Source of the DNA: Ylistrum balloti
Taxonomy: Eukaryota
Length of the DNA stretch: 64,000 bases
Direction of reading: 5' to 3'
NCBI RefSeq assembly: GCF_031769215.1
Contig: NW_026782573.1
Coordinates: 434,001 to 498,000 of the forward strand
Part shown: in pieces, positions 24,744 to 39,949 of the stretch
Layout of the letters: the number at the start of each line of letters is the position of its first letter
How positions within the stretch are numbered: the stretch's first letter is position 1
Position numbers and translations under genes: made by a program
Notes under the pieces: model-generated
What the model was told of the DNA's origin: nothing
The model's input: the letters and a program-made list of their open reading frames with translations, nothing else
Database searches by the model: none

Positions 24744-27700
24744 CTATAACAACACATAAAGCATGAAGCTACACAATGTGCACATATAATTTAATGTGCT
24801 CAAAATCAACGTGTGTTAGCTAACAAATTACGTACATGATCACAAAAAGCACATCACCAGCATGTGTGTACTTCTCCTGTGTTTACATATTAATTAGAGA
24901 CACATTTGCAATATGCACCTAAAATCCAACCTGGTAAGACCAATCTAATACCTACTCAAAGCAAAAATCAACTTTGAAACATGTACCGCATCCAAGAACA
25001 TTAAGCAATGCATCATCAGTTATCTTCTGTAATTGTAGCACAATCCTAATTGTAATGGGTTGTTTAAAGCAATCAATGAAGAGAGAACATTTGTGAATGG
25101 TGAATTAGGTCTCATTTGTGCAGGAAAGACAGTACAATAAGGTAATGGTGTCTAACAGACAAACATGGACAATGCAACACAGGTAAATTAAAGGTGCAAA
25201 GCTTAGGACAATGACCACCGCAGGATTCCAACTAAAAAGACTGAGATTATTTAAAGTAAGGATCACTTTCACTTTACATATAAAAAGAATTATAGATCTC
25301 TTGATGCAAGAAGAAAAAATGTACAAATTTTTAGAGATGGTAACTGTATACAATAATTACTTTCAACTTCTACATTAAAAAAAAAAACAAATATTAAATT
25401 TAGTCTTGCCTCCAAAAATAATTCCTTTATGTACTTGTAATTTATGACTTGGTAATTCTGACCATTTGGTCTTGTGAGACAGGTCAGTTCAGGTCACTGC
25501 CCAACAGCTGCAGGCTTACCTAGCCAGACAACAGTCTGAGCTGACAGATGGTGTTAGAGACCATAAATAACTTTGACCCCTACTAATTACAAGAAATAAG
25601 GAAAAAAATGTATACACCATTTATATACTGGCTATAATAAAAACTAATTATTTCCAGGTTTAAGGATTTTGGTGATTAAAATATGGAACTCATGATTTTG
25701 CAGACATACTGTAAAAGAGTGTGAAGTCAATTAATGTACTAGGTAATATTATATCTACAGATTCTACAGGTTTACAATACAGAGAAGTGTGACAACACAA
25801 CAGTAAAGTAATTGATACCATAGATAGATTAATACATTTCTAGTTACGGTAAACCTCTGGTCAGTTAGAATAGGTGAGTAGTTTGAATACATGATTAATA
25901 ATCAATAATTATCAATCTAATGATAATTTGAACCCTTTCTATTTTTGTTTCATTTACAATTTGAATTATTTGGACACATCATGAGATCATACATTGCTCA
26001 ACTATTGCTAGGGATATTAGTGTCACAATCTAACTGATCGCTCCATGTGATCAATATTGTTCTTCTTTCTCGAGACCTTCTTAGTAAAGATTACCTCACA
26101 TAGACTGTTAATAATATGGTAACTAGATTGTAAATAAATATCGTAAGCAATTGATGTTGCCAAATTATAAATGTATGTATCTTAATAAGCACTGATTCAG
26201 TGTTATTTCTATCATGTCTTGCTGTCACATCGTCATGCTTGTGAGAAAGGACAAACCTTGAGGCCCCAACTCTGTACTACATGTGACTGGTATACAATGC
26301 ACCGAATGTTGGAATGTGTCATTTGTCATGGAGCCACGGTGTGTCAATACACATTCTGATTAAATAATCGTGATAAGCTATTCCTGTTTATTATGCTTCG
26401 TAAACATCCCATGAGATGCTTATAATTAATGTTAATGTAAGTCTGTATCCAAACACTGCTTACCGATATGTCAACACTATGTCAAGGTCCAAGCAGACAA
26501 TACTTTATTCCATTGTACATGGGTTTCCTCACCACAATATTCAATGTGATGAACAAAATGAAATCTTCCATTTTTAAAAGTCAATGAACATGAAGCGATT
26601 TACTGCCTTGCTGGAATGTTTTATCACTTTGTCATGACTTTGGGCAATGCTGACTCTGATAGTTCTAAATCTAATTTATTCACACAAGCATATTTTCATC
26701 ATATTCAAACAGGCTCATTAATATTGATGTAATTTTGTTTGGACAGACCGAAGGTTTACCGTAACTAATAGTATCATACTATCATATTGTTTAAATGTGT
26801 ATGTCCTTACAAGTAATCAAAAAACTTTGATTGTGCATGTTTTGAAAGGATCTCTTAATGTCAAAGTAACCTGGAGAATTTCAGTGTACACCAGCAATGT
26901 GCAGCCTAAGGTTGTTGATTAATTTTTATCCTCGCTAAACAGGTTTTCTGGGGGATGAACATTTAAAGTCTGCATTACATTTTTATATATAACAAAAATC
27001 AAAAGTGATATGAAGAAACACACACATATATATATATATATATATCTTCGTTGTAGACTTTTAATAACAAATTCACAAAAACATAACTGTTGAAAAATTT
27101 TTCGCTAAAATGTTATTTAATCAATCAATGGAGCCATAGAAAGTCTTTCTATAGAAAAAAAAATCAATTGTTGGGTCGTAAAGCGCTGTTGAAGCTGACA
27201 GAGGAGGAGAAGTGAGAGCAATGATTAAACTTACGTATCAAACTCAGTTTTGCGCAGCCATTTATGCATCTCTTCACTTTTTGAGATTTGTAAAAAAAAA
27301 AAATAAACAGCATTCTTTCTAAATATAGGTGCTTAATGTATATACAGAGAATCTCTTTTCTTTTCCTCAATCCAAGTTTTTTTTCTAAAATCTTATTACA
27401 GTAATTGAAAACTACCTACAAGAAAAAAGCTTTAGATTTTTGTCTTCTAGTCATAAAATTCACATACATTATTATTGCTTTCCCTGCTCATAATCATTCT
27501 ATTTACTTGCATTCCTATGAATATGTGCATAGGTATCACACACAAAAATATAGACGTTGGGTGCCATTTTACTTCTGGGTATGGCCTATTATTTGGATAA
27601 TGAAGAAACTTTAATTACAAATTCTGTGCCGAACAGCAAAGGTAGCAAGCTAATTATTATCCATACCTTTAATGAAGGATTGATAAGAGTTTAACAACAC

Positions 27701-28189
27701 GAACACATATATTTATAGATCTTCTTTTTTGCAGAACCACAATGATTTGATATTAGGTCTCTAAGTGTAGTTTGGCACACACTCGACTATATGTATGAAA
27801 GTAATGACAACACAATATAACTTGCAAATTAAACAAACTAAAAACCACAGGGCAACGAACATACCATCACCATCCACTGACTACTTGGTTTAATATGTGT
27901 ATTCTTGTTTGCATTTTTGAAATCAAGCATATATATATATAACCCTTTCTAAATTACCTATGTCCATATTCAAATCATTCCATTAGGTCATTTTCTTTTG
28001 GTGATATTTTGTGAGTAATTGAAATATTTTATACAACTTAATATGGTCATAAGGGCAATCACAAAGGTAAGATGTATGGTGCGAATAGGGGTCAACTTGA
28101 CATTGCATATACAACAGGTACAAAGTGCTGGTTTGTAATTCTGCAGTGATCCAGGAAACAGCCGAGCAGAATAAAGGCACACAACTTAC

Positions 28190-28213
28190 CTGCTTGGGTA
28201 GTGATCTCTTTCA
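28190..28213 (-). CDS. EPS8: Candidate 24-nt micro-exon (ERDHYPS), phase 2-2
   Basis: ttttcag acceptor and cag|gtaagt donor. Preserves frame in a phase-2 intron. Confidence 0.5.
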
Positions 28214-31200
28214 CTGAAAAACAGGTATGGTACACACAGGTAACAGACACATCTAGATCTCACCTGCTCACGCAGGAAAAATTTAAACAAGGCAATACAC
28301 AGATAAATAACTTCATCTTGACAGCTCTACTCCATACTGTGGACAATAAATTTACCTTTTCAAAAGAAGATTCAAAGTATTTTGTTCTAAATCCTAAAAT
28401 TTGTTTTGCAGGTACCGTATTTGACCTAAAAACAAGTGCTCCTTTCCCAGTAAGCATTTTCTGGTTTCTGTTTCTCATCCTTCTGACAGCGAACTGTACT
28501 ACCTTGTTAACTGTCACAAAGTATTTGATTTGTTGTGTCTATAATTTGAGATCTTTGAAAGAATTCTAAATTACTGAAGGAACACTTTATCTGAGCTATA
28601 AATTCAAATAAAACCTTTATTAGGTTTATCATTTCTGTTGCCTGTTAAATCATTAAGTAAAGCAGCCTTTATCTCAGTTTTATTCAGGTCTATTTAATCT
28701 TGTCAAACACAATACATTTCTGACATACCAGTGTTTATAGGCATATTTCAGAAGTACATAATACTTAAAATAAATGAATTTATCCAAGAATTATTCAGAT
28801 GCATATGAAAATAAACATGAAAATCTTAATTTTTCTTCATTATATTCATAAGCTATTTCAGTAAATATAAGATGGGGTATCTTACTACAAGGAAGTAGAT
28901 TTATTCATAAACTGGAAAGTAAATTTGAAGAAGGTATAAAACTGAAAGTTTTTGAATTTCATAAATTATCTCATTTGCACCTGGGACTGAAGCCCATTAA
29001 TTATGGAGTGCCCTTCAAAGTCCCTAGAAAAACTTGGTACTGACCCCTGCAATCTCCAAGATATTTAATCAATTATGACGTGCCTTCAAAGTTCCTAGAA
29101 AAACCCCAGACTGACCCCAAGTCTCTAAAATGTTTAAACTATAACTATATTGAGTCATACAATTCTGATCTCTGCAAGATATATCTGATTCTATTTTCAC
29201 AGAAAGGGGAGATAAGCAAGTAGAAAAATGCAGTGAATATTTCATAACAAAATTATAATTTGGGACTGGTAGACTGTCGAGAAAAAAAAAACCTGTATCC
29301 ACAGATCTCCTAAGTATGATGGATTTATGACACAACATAACAGCTTATCTATAGGCATATGAAAGGTGAGTTATATGAGTGTAATGGCTTGCTTATCATA
29401 ACCATGTTGATAAACTTTGTACTGCGTAGTGCCTCCCAGGACCCAATCTTATCTCTTAACAAGCATGAATTTTATCAAAAACAAATTATCACACATAGAT
29501 AAAACTTACTTTTTTAAATTTATTATCCTTAGACAAACTTAACTTCAATAAGAAATTTGCTCACTTATTTTTCAATGACATGGGTTATTTGTTTATTCAT
29601 TTTGATGTGGTTGAACTAACAAAACTCACAAGAACTATAAATCTTAATAGGGTTTTCAGGATTATCCTAGGGAAATTCAAACACAGAGGTTTAAGCATGG
29701 ATTAAGAACAATATGTGTGAAGGTTATTGACAGGTCAACATACCCTACAAACATTTGGGCTATGTCTTGTAGGTCCTCCTTGTGTGATTATTTCTAGGGG
29801 TTGTCTAGATCTGTACGGTATTACTGTGTATAACAATGACAGCTGTTATCTGATCCACAATGATATATGTTTTATCTGGTGTGAATGTGTTACAGGTATA
29901 TGTATTAAGTCCTTCTGTGTTATACATGTGCACCTGAACATAATTATTCCTTCCATAAAATCTGTTTTATTTATGCTTCTCGGAAGGAAAAGTAATTTTA
30001 TTGATTTCAAAATTCCCACATGACAATCTACAAACAAGCTATCTAAATTCATGAGAAACAGGTAAATCACAAGCAGCTTTGTCATGTACTTAATGTGATT
30101 TGTAAATTAAACTTAAACTAATGTGTTTGGAAGCTTTCAGCAGTAAACTGTAAAATTTGGAAGTCATGCTTAAAGTGTCTGATAAATTTGGGAACAGGCA
30201 ATAGCCCAATGTCATTTTCTAAAAGGTAACTAATGACTCGTTATTTTTTAGTTTCTTTATTTTTTCGAACTGATGTAGGCATTATAACTATTACAGATCA
30301 GTTATAAGATTCCAATGGAGTTTAATGATTAGGAAAAAATTTACTCAACTGCCCATACAAAATCAATACATGTAAAGTATGTGAGCTATTTTATAGGAGG
30401 CCAGTATAGATAGTGACCATTCGAATGTGCTGCTGAGTGTATACTGCCTAAATGGGTGGTATATTGACAGGTACAGGTGCCCTCACAGACAGGCACTTGA
30501 CAGGACCAGGTAAATACAGGTACACACCATACAGGTACTTCACTGATAACATTCACTACCAACACAAATATCTCAGGTAGCACCTTATTTCAACGTATTG
30601 AACTTCTGGTCTTCATTTGTTTGCATGGGTGTGGTCAAAATTGAACATTTTACTTGTCATATCAAAATATATCTCTTGAATATAGCAGGTTTCATTGAAA
30701 TTCTACACTTAAAGCTGCTTTTTTAACCTATGATTAATCATTTACCATAAGTGAAAGTAGAAGTTTTCTAAGAATAACGCCTATTTTACAGGTATGACTT
30801 TTCTATCTGGACATGTGTCATATCTATATTCCTTACTTCCTTGTTTAATGTATGTTCATATCCAATCCATTATTTGAGCTAGGTGCCTTATCTCAACATA
30901 CAATGTGCCATACTGATCGAATCTGTTTTAGGTCTTTATAGTCTTAAATTTGGTATATTACATATTGTACAGCAAGGTAACAAGTGCATGTAATAACAGG
31001 TAATTTCACCTGAATTGGAATAAGGGCTTTTAGTTTGAATTTATTTCAATGGGTTTTACATCTACTATTCAGCCTTTCAGCGGATGTGAAGAAGGGCTGA
31101 TCCCTGAATTGACTGCCTAGTAAAATGGTCAATTGTTCATCAAAACTTGGGACATGGCCTGGCCAATTACTACAAAATGGGAGACTAAAGAACATGAAAT

Positions 31201-32901
31201 TAATGTTTTCTGATAGAAATTTTTTCGCAACTATTTGATATCTGGGTCACAATGCCATTAATCGGTGGAGGTACAATATAATGAATGAGTTCTCCCTGTA
31301 GATCAAGTAGGTATTCTACTAACAAATTGAGCATCAGCGGAACTTCTATTTCTGACAAAAAATGATACTGTGGTTATACAGGTTATCTGAAAATGGGAGA
31401 GATGTGACCTATATAGTACGATGATAAGCGATGGGACTCCTTTATTCTGCTGACCATTTAAGGTCTGATCACCTCTGGTATACAGATACACGCACATCCA
31501 TATAGAATTTCATGACCCAAAATTTGTAAATCGTCTTTCTTCATGGTACATGTAATTGAGAAAGATGTCTCTGCTAGTGTAATCTTATATTCCCTACTTG
31601 TAGGTAACTTCCATTTACACTCCCACCTCCCTATCTATACACTGCGATATAGGTACTACTATCATAGGCTGGCCTACATACACATCCCTGTTACAGAAAC
31701 ACCGAGTCACGCTCCAGCTCCTCACTAAGTATACAACAATAGCTCTGTCCAATCATCCCAAACCTGGAACCTGTTGGACTACAATGCCTGCTTTAAGAGG
31801 TTCATGTGTCTGAGACTTGAGTTTGACCCATTAAATCTACATATATTTATCCCAGTTATTTCCTCGGGTTATTTTTCAGCATGTTTTGTTAGTTATCTAC
31901 TGTACTGTATCCATCACCAGAGTGTTTTTGTTACATATGGGATGGTTAAACCAAAACACATTTTGTAACACATCATTTCCTATACTAACTTATTTTTATT
32001 TATTTTTTTTTCGGTTGTAATGTTTTTTACATGTAATATAACCTCATATAACCTATATAAGAACAGCCTCTTACTATCAATACCATAAAAGATACCAACA
32101 ACCTTACATAATTCATCTCCAAACCCTAAACTTTAATTAAATCTGACCAAAACATTTCCAATTGCAAAATCACTACATCTGCATCAATGCTATTTTGGAT
32201 AAAAATTGAATCAAAATCACACTTTGATATGGAAATTTCACATTACTAGCAACCTTTACAATATCTATCAATCTCCTGATTAATTCTGATGTATATTAGT
32301 GTGAACACACTTGGGTAGGACTTTTAACGAATGCATTCGGACCAAGATGCTTTAGTTTTGAAGCTTACACATTTGACGGATGGTGCTACTTTGCGCAGCA
32401 ACAGTAAAATGTAGCGTTATATATCAACACAAAATGTGGTTATCAGGCAAGATAAAACAATGGAAGCGTATTATTAAAAAAGCAAAGCGATTTTATGTAT
32501 TATGATTGCATACAACATTATGATATTCTGTTAATAAAGCATCTGATCTTCTAATCATCTACACTTTCATTTCATTCAAATCAAGTTCATGGGCTGTTAT
32601 TTTTATCTACTACTACTTGACTCCAAGGCACAGATACTCAGCCATATTTCATTTACCTTAATGATACCTAGCTTATACCAACCCTGTAATGATATGCCCT
32701 CCCATTTTTTTTTTATCAAAATCAGAAATGTATATAAATTCTGTATCATTACTAACTCAAGTTCATATTAATAATCTTTGCCTCAAAACTATGCTTACAT
32801 ATCAAGTCTATTACTTCTGCTTAAGATTCTGAGCAATTAACAGGGAAACACTTTACCAGGTAATCAAATTTCAGCTAGGAGTTAAAGGGGAGACAACTTA
32901 C

Positions 32902-32966
32902 TTGTAGCGGCCATATCCATTGTAGTCGTTATAACCATTCATATTTCTTGGTGTTACACCTGGCAT
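32902..32966 (-). CDS. EPS8: EPS8 first coding exon (exon extends to 32986)
   Basis: tttttcag acceptor, ATG at 32966 and gtaag donor. MPGVTPRNMNGYNDYNGYGRY; phase 2 joins downstream exons in frame. Confidence 0.7.
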
Positions 32967-33929
32967 TGTCTGCCAGCCACCCTAACCTGAAAAACAAAAT
33001 ACGATTTATTAACTTACAACCTCTCCTGTATAATCAAACATCGACCATCAATATTTCGTTATATGTCAAAAACAATGAATCTTCTAAATTAATGAATCTA
33101 TGTGGCCACCATTGGTCTTACAAACTTCTCACAAAACATTCAAGTGCATATTGAAGCTGTATAAATTTATCCTAGTCCTTATTTGAATACAAGATTTTTA
33201 TTTTTACTTAAAATTTTGTCTGAATTGCTGCAAGTGATTAATAACTTTTTCGACTAATTTTTCATTTTCAATTTTTTTTTTCTCTCTACGTAATCAGCTG
33301 ATATAACGAATGACAGTTATATCAATATGTCAATGAATGTCAAATTAAATCTAAAAGTTCACCCTGGTTAACTATATCTTTATACCTGAAAAATAATATT
33401 AAACCTGTTTTCACAGCAATAAAATCCCAGTGTTTGAAATATATTACAATGTGTAAAAATCCAACAGAGAAAAAAGTTGTATTTTGTGATCATTCAGAGA
33501 TCTGAGCTGACAGCTAGTCTGGAGTAAAATGTCTACATTACTTGCTAGCCAACAAGATATCCAATACTGGGTGTAAGCAAAAAATCACATGACTGACATG
33601 TTAAGTACACAAGACGTTATTCACATTGGTACCTATATGAGAAATTTACATTACAGGTAGGTACATACACATGACAGGAATTGTTCATGTACTAGCGTAT
33701 AAATCGATAAAAACATGCTATGGATTAGATTCAGGAAGTTGAAATACCAGCATTACACATTTAAGACATGCACAACTCATTACAAAGATATCACTAGACC
33801 AATGCATAGTCAAGATCATGATATACAATAACATACAAAATCTACAATCACCTTGTTTATTTTACTGAAATTGTTTATTTTAAACTAAAGGAAAAGTAAT
33901 TAAACACTTGTATATTTCCCCTATTAGGC

Positions 33930-34585
33930 TTCATTCCTTCTCCCGTAGGGGTTAAATACTGATTTACATTTTGTACAAAACTAAGTCTTTTACCAAGAAT
34001 GCTTTAGATCAAATCTGGATCACTCTAACAGAATAAATGATTATAAAGAATTTGTTCTATTTCATCTATTAGGCAATGCCTCTCCCGCCCCTGGGTGTCG
34101 AAACACACTGTTCATATAAAATTTATACCCATATCCTGAACATGTTTTGGGCAAAACTGGAAAAGAAACCAAAGCAAGCAATCCTATATAAGATGGATGA
34201 TTTTAAAGAATTTGCCCTATTTTCCCTTTTTGACATTACCCCTCCCACATCAGGGCACTGATACCTACCATTCATACAAAACTGATTTTGCTTTACCCAA
34301 GGATGTTTCAGACCAAATTATGACAATACCGTGCCATTCCTAAAGAACAAGATAGAATTTAAAGAAATTGATATATTTATCTTTATATATATATTGATAT
34401 TTGATATATATGAATCTTGCCCCTCTGGCCTACAGAAACACAGTTTTTACAAAATTATTTCCCCTTCCTCCAAGGATGCTTCAGACCAAATTTGGTTAAA
34501 ATCCAACTTATTGGAAAAGTTGCCAGACGACAGATGGAGGAACGAAAGACACTGTAGTATTCCTATAGCTCACTTGTGAGCTTAT
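33930..34585. mobile_element. HINE-like element with degenerate satellite monomers
   Basis: Repeated ccaaggatg(c/t)ttcagaccaaatt motifs, a degenerate gacgacagatgg tract and a terminal atagctcacttgtgagc. Confidence 0.5.
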
Positions 34586-37500
34586 TTAATTGATATTAAC
34601 AAATGACAATGAGAGGTGATACAGGAAACAGAAGGATGATCCAGAATCTGTTTTATAAAGCACTTTCCGTCAAATACTATTATTCTACATACTTATATAT
34701 CAATTGTCGATAATTAATTTATTTCATTACTGGATATGTTTACTGGAAGGACCCAGAGAATATTTACTGCAGTTTAAAAACATTTACAAAAAATCTCAAT
34801 TATCTCATCTAAGAAAAGAAGATGAGAAGAGAAAATTTTAGAACTGTCCTAAAACAAATTTCACACTCAAATCAATGCTTTATAGGATGGCAGTCACATA
34901 CACATGCCTAATAGATTTGATTCTGCAATCAATGAATAAATAATTTCCATTTTAAAACAGGTTCAGATGATTGCTAGCCATTATTAGCTATACATATCTC
35001 CCTTATTGGTCCACCAGAATGCTCATTTCAACACAGATGAAATTTAAGAGGGAGCCACACCACTAGGCTGGTCTCAGACAAATCTGCCAAGTAACATTGA
35101 TTGCGTATACTGTGGACCCCCTCAGCCTCCTAACAAACCTAAGGCTGTAGGCCACAGGTGTGCTACTCTACACAGGTAAGAGACTGAACCAGGTAATTAA
35201 TGACATATACCATCACATAACAAGTGGCTGAAGGGCAGGGTTCATCACTTCTTGGTCACACTACTAAGGGAGTCACTTTGGCTGTTGACAGCTCTTTATA
35301 GGTTCATTTATACACAACTGAGGTTTGGGAGATCTAATGCCCATCAAGCAATCTTAATGTGACCATGGGTTAGCTGTACATCCCTAACATGTCAGGGCAA
35401 TCTGGAGCAATCACAAGTTCTTGCACTAAAATAGATTAGGATTATATGTATATCATATCATAATAATGTGCATCAGATTCATTATAAATCACCAACATTG
35501 ACTTCCTCAATTTGTAGTCTTTCCTTGTTCCATATAACAAAATTTATTAATTATTCAGTAAATAAAATGATCCCTTATACAGTATTAAATGTAAGGTTAC
35601 ATTAATATATATAGTAATTAGTACTCAGTGTGTCAGGTTACATTTATTCAGACTTAATATTTTTAGCAAATCTGTCTTCATCTTGCTTTAAGTTACAAAT
35701 TACATCTTACTGAAAGTTTTTTTATTGTAAGGAGAAGTGCCTATCATAAAAAAACCAACAAAAAATAGTAAAATCTCACGGTTTTATAATGTGAAAAGAG
35801 ACATACAAAACCAGATGAACATGTTATGACCTTTTTGGACATTTACTAATAGACACAGGATGGCCTTTACTATTTAAGATATATGACTGAAGAAACACTT
35901 GACTTTTAAGCTTCAATAAATTTGTATAATCAACAATATAAAGATCATAAGCACTGTCAACTTATCAATGCATGTGGTTGTTCTTATATATTGACTTTTG
36001 CACCCTGTAGACACGATCATGATCACATGACAAATTATCGAGCAGTTTAAACCTCTATATCTGGCCCGGTTATAGTTTGAATTTTACTTCCTAGTTACAT
36101 CAACACATGCAGGCATGCCATGTCTATAAATATAAACAATACATTATTGCTTTACTGCAAAAGTAGACGTCCTTTACTGTTTTATCCCTAAATTATGTAG
36201 AATCTATCTTTTAATAAAAAGTAAACATTCATAAATTAATAATAACAACTATATCTGAAAAAAATAACAGATAAAATTTGGGAATGGTTGTTTTAATAAA
36301 TTTTAAAGAAGAAACAGTCTAAATAAGAATACAGAAGGTGAAAACCACATCTATCTTTGTGCATCATCTCTGCTGAAATATTTACTCTGTTTAATTCAAG
36401 TTAAACCAGATGTACCCATGGTATGCAGGGATATTGAACATATAATGCATTTCCAAGTGTTAAACAGTCTAATGGTAATAATCTCAGTATTTTACACTCC
36501 TAATGTTTTAAAGAAAACTAGATTAATTTTATCGGCAATCTGTTAACCTAATTTGTTTAGGCAGAAATCAAAGTAGGTCAAAGCTAAAATATATCAAAGA
36601 TTCATATTTACTACTACGAACAGTACGTTAAAAAAACTTCATCACACACCCATGATGTATTAGGCAGATATCTTTCAAGTCTTTTAAACAGAATATTGTC
36701 GTGCTTGACTAAGCATGGAGTATGCTACTTTTTATTTACTATATCAACATACACGAACCTAGTTGAATTTAACACTATACATACACTTCCTTATTCATTT
36801 TCTTATCAAAGACAAATAGTGGAAGAAAAAAGCTTTATCACTACAGGCAAGATATTTAAGTTTACAACTATCATCAAAGGCATGCAAGCAATATTGTCCA
36901 AAAAAAACCCCACAAATTTACCCATTAACAGCACATATGCTGATTTCATTTACATATTTATTTACATAAAAAAAACATATACTACAATAAATATTTCTTA
37001 TAACAGCTTGACTATAACACTGATACTTTTGTATGTATATATACATACACACTAGGTATACATCCTTTTCATATGGAATTGTTAATCTAAGAATTTCAAA
37101 TGCTGTTCACTTCATGAATAAATTAGCATTAGATATTCATTGTATATTTGTGTATTCTGAACCTGAAGTAATTATCTACATACATTTTACTTAGTTAAGC
37201 ATAAACATCCAGGTAGAATAAAACAAAGTTAATACTTGATTAGTAATTACCTGTACGTTCCGTCCTACATACCTTTAACCACAGACTGATAAGTTAATAA
37301 GCTATTTTCAAAGTCTACAGGTTTTCATTAATATTTGCAGCAAATGTTCAGACTGTCCAAGTAAATTTCAAATAAGTTTTATCAGTGGCTAATGAGTATA
37401 TGAAATACAAAGCCTTGCAATTGTTTCAGTGTAACGAAGGTATTATACTTGTTATACAGTCTGAGTTGGCAATCACTAGAGAAATCTGACATTACAGGGC

Positions 37501-38092
37501 TTTTTCTAAGGACTCTATGGGGTCATGTTTTAGTATGGGCAAGACACTTTACCCCGAATAACATTGGCTGCAGCCAGCCTCTCACATGTTGTTCATTGAG
37601 GTATAGTCACCAGCTACTGGCAGATAGGATTCAACTTTGCCTGGCAGTTCTTGGAGCGACAAACCCAATATGTAACCCTTGTACATGTTAAATTTATCTT
37701 TAACATACTAATTACTACTTAATTTGAGGACTGCTATTGATATTCTGTACCTGCAATGAAATGTATGATTCAGTCATTTCCTATATAAAAAAAAAATTGA
37801 CACAGATTTTCATAAAACATGTAACCAAATAGGCTTATACTGCAGTAGTTGGTGTGGCGTATCTGAAAAAGGTTTGCTGATATACCTACATACAATGAAA
37901 AATAAAGACAAGACCACATTCTCTTGTGTAAGCCTTATTACTGTGTAACATGCATAATAACGACCCAAGTAAACACTGGTTTTCTTTAGTTTCAAATATA
38001 GACTTATAACAATGCAAGAAAAATATATAACCCTTTGTTATTGTTGGAACAACTTTTAAAATACCTAAAGTTGTAAATCAAGTACCAGTGTA

Positions 38093-38335
38093 AACTGCAC
38101 TAAATACATATGACATGACATCATTCATGGATACATAGGCATAATCCTGGAAGCTGTGACAGTAATGTGTGCATATTAGTGAATTTTAGTCGACATTGGA
38201 GTTAAGACAGGTCAATTGCACTGAATGCATATGACATGACAGGGCACATGGACACACAGGCAAAATCCTGGAAGCTGTGACGGTAATGTGTCCATGTTAT
38301 TTATTTTTGTCAACATCAGAGTTAAGATGGGTCAT
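38093..38335. repeat. ~121-bp tandem duplication
   Basis: Two copies of tgcact.aat.catatgacatgac...aatcctggaagctgtgac.gtaatgtgt...gagttaaga. Confidence 0.8.
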
Positions 38336-39949
38336 TCTATACATATGGGATTAATGTCATTTTTGAGGTAACATACAATGGCCCCTTGATACCTTCCTTA
38401 GATTATCTATGTTTTGTGTAGTCATGTCTGTATAAAATTTTCCATCAGAAACTCCTTACTTAAACTATCTTCTTAGCAAATGGTCTCAAATTATTGATAA
38501 ATTAAGATCAGTGACCTCAACAACTCATGACCACTGGGATAAAATAACTGATAGAGTTCTACGTAAATGCAGTAGGCTTACATTCATAGATTAAATACAT
38601 CAAAGGTGACCTGGTGTGCATGTGTTTGTTCATTGATACAACCAATCTAATTTGTTTTTAATATACTAGGACTGCTACTAAAATCAATTAGATTTATCAA
38701 ATGTAGTATACAGTAAGTATTTACTATCTGTACGCAAGGTTGTCATATCTGTGTGATATTTTATCATCATACATATTACATTCTTTTATCTCCGAATTGT
38801 AAATGTACATATTGGTAAATATATTCTAGCAATTTTTACACTAAAGAAATTATCACAAATGTGTGAATTTGTTATTTCATATAATTGTTTGTAGTTAGGA
38901 TCATGCATTACAATTTCATTGTGCCAAATTACTTGTGTTTACAGTATAATTTTGTTTCTAGACCGTATTCAATCCTCATCAGAATTTTAAAAAGTGGGTG
39001 GTTCAGACGAAATGCACTTAGGAGTTCAGGGGTTGATTCCCAGAATGGAAGAGAAAATATATGTCACCTGCCCTACTTCATTGGTTTTTCCCTCTGTATT
39101 TCAGTTTCCTCAAAAATTTAGACACTCCCCCACCTCTCTCCCTTACTACCATCCTGGCCAACAAGAATGATTAATATAGGTTAATGCTTGTTGTATTATT
39201 GTTGTAAACTAAATAATATTTATATTTATTTATAGACCTAAAGAAATGAACTAAGATTCAGGTGTTGTGCTGCCTGCACCTCCCACACAAATTGACATGT
39301 CATATTTCTCCATCTCATTAAAGAAGCTGGTTAACAACTGAATATCATCGGTTACAGGACAATCTGTATACAAACAGTACATTTTAATCAAGTGAGGTCA
39401 CATGTCTAAAACTCAGGTTTTCAATAAAAATAACACTACCCCTAACGCCCTTCCATCCGGTTAAGCAAATGTGATTAATAACTTATTTCGCAATTGTTGC
39501 TTAATAAGTAAAGCTTACAAGTTCCCAATATGAAAATAAGCAATCGTAATAATCTTGGTGTGAAATCTGTAATTTTGAGCCAATACATAGATCTATAAAT
39601 GTTTCAATGTTTGGTAATTTAAACAGGCCTAAAATATGTCTAAAGGTCAACACAACAGTTGGTTAGAAATAGTAGTGTTGAATGAATGGAATGTAAAACT
39701 CAGTAGAGCATGACTTTTTAGATGGTATATCATACACAATATGTCAGCTATGTGAGGGTAAAAACATGTGCATGTATTTCGGCAGGTACAATGGTAATTG
39801 TAAATTACATGTCAATTTGTAAACACATGAGACAAGCAAAGCCCTTGGGGTATAGAAACAGCTATATGTAACTGCCACTTAATCATGGTCCACACCCTAA
39901 TACTATAAACCGTTCATGACACACCTGTGTAAGTTGTTAAATTAAAGGA

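Noticed and set aside
38990-39055. tRNA-like A/B-box sequence
   Set aside because: It cannot form a cloverleaf. At most it is a very decayed SINE head, too weak to call.
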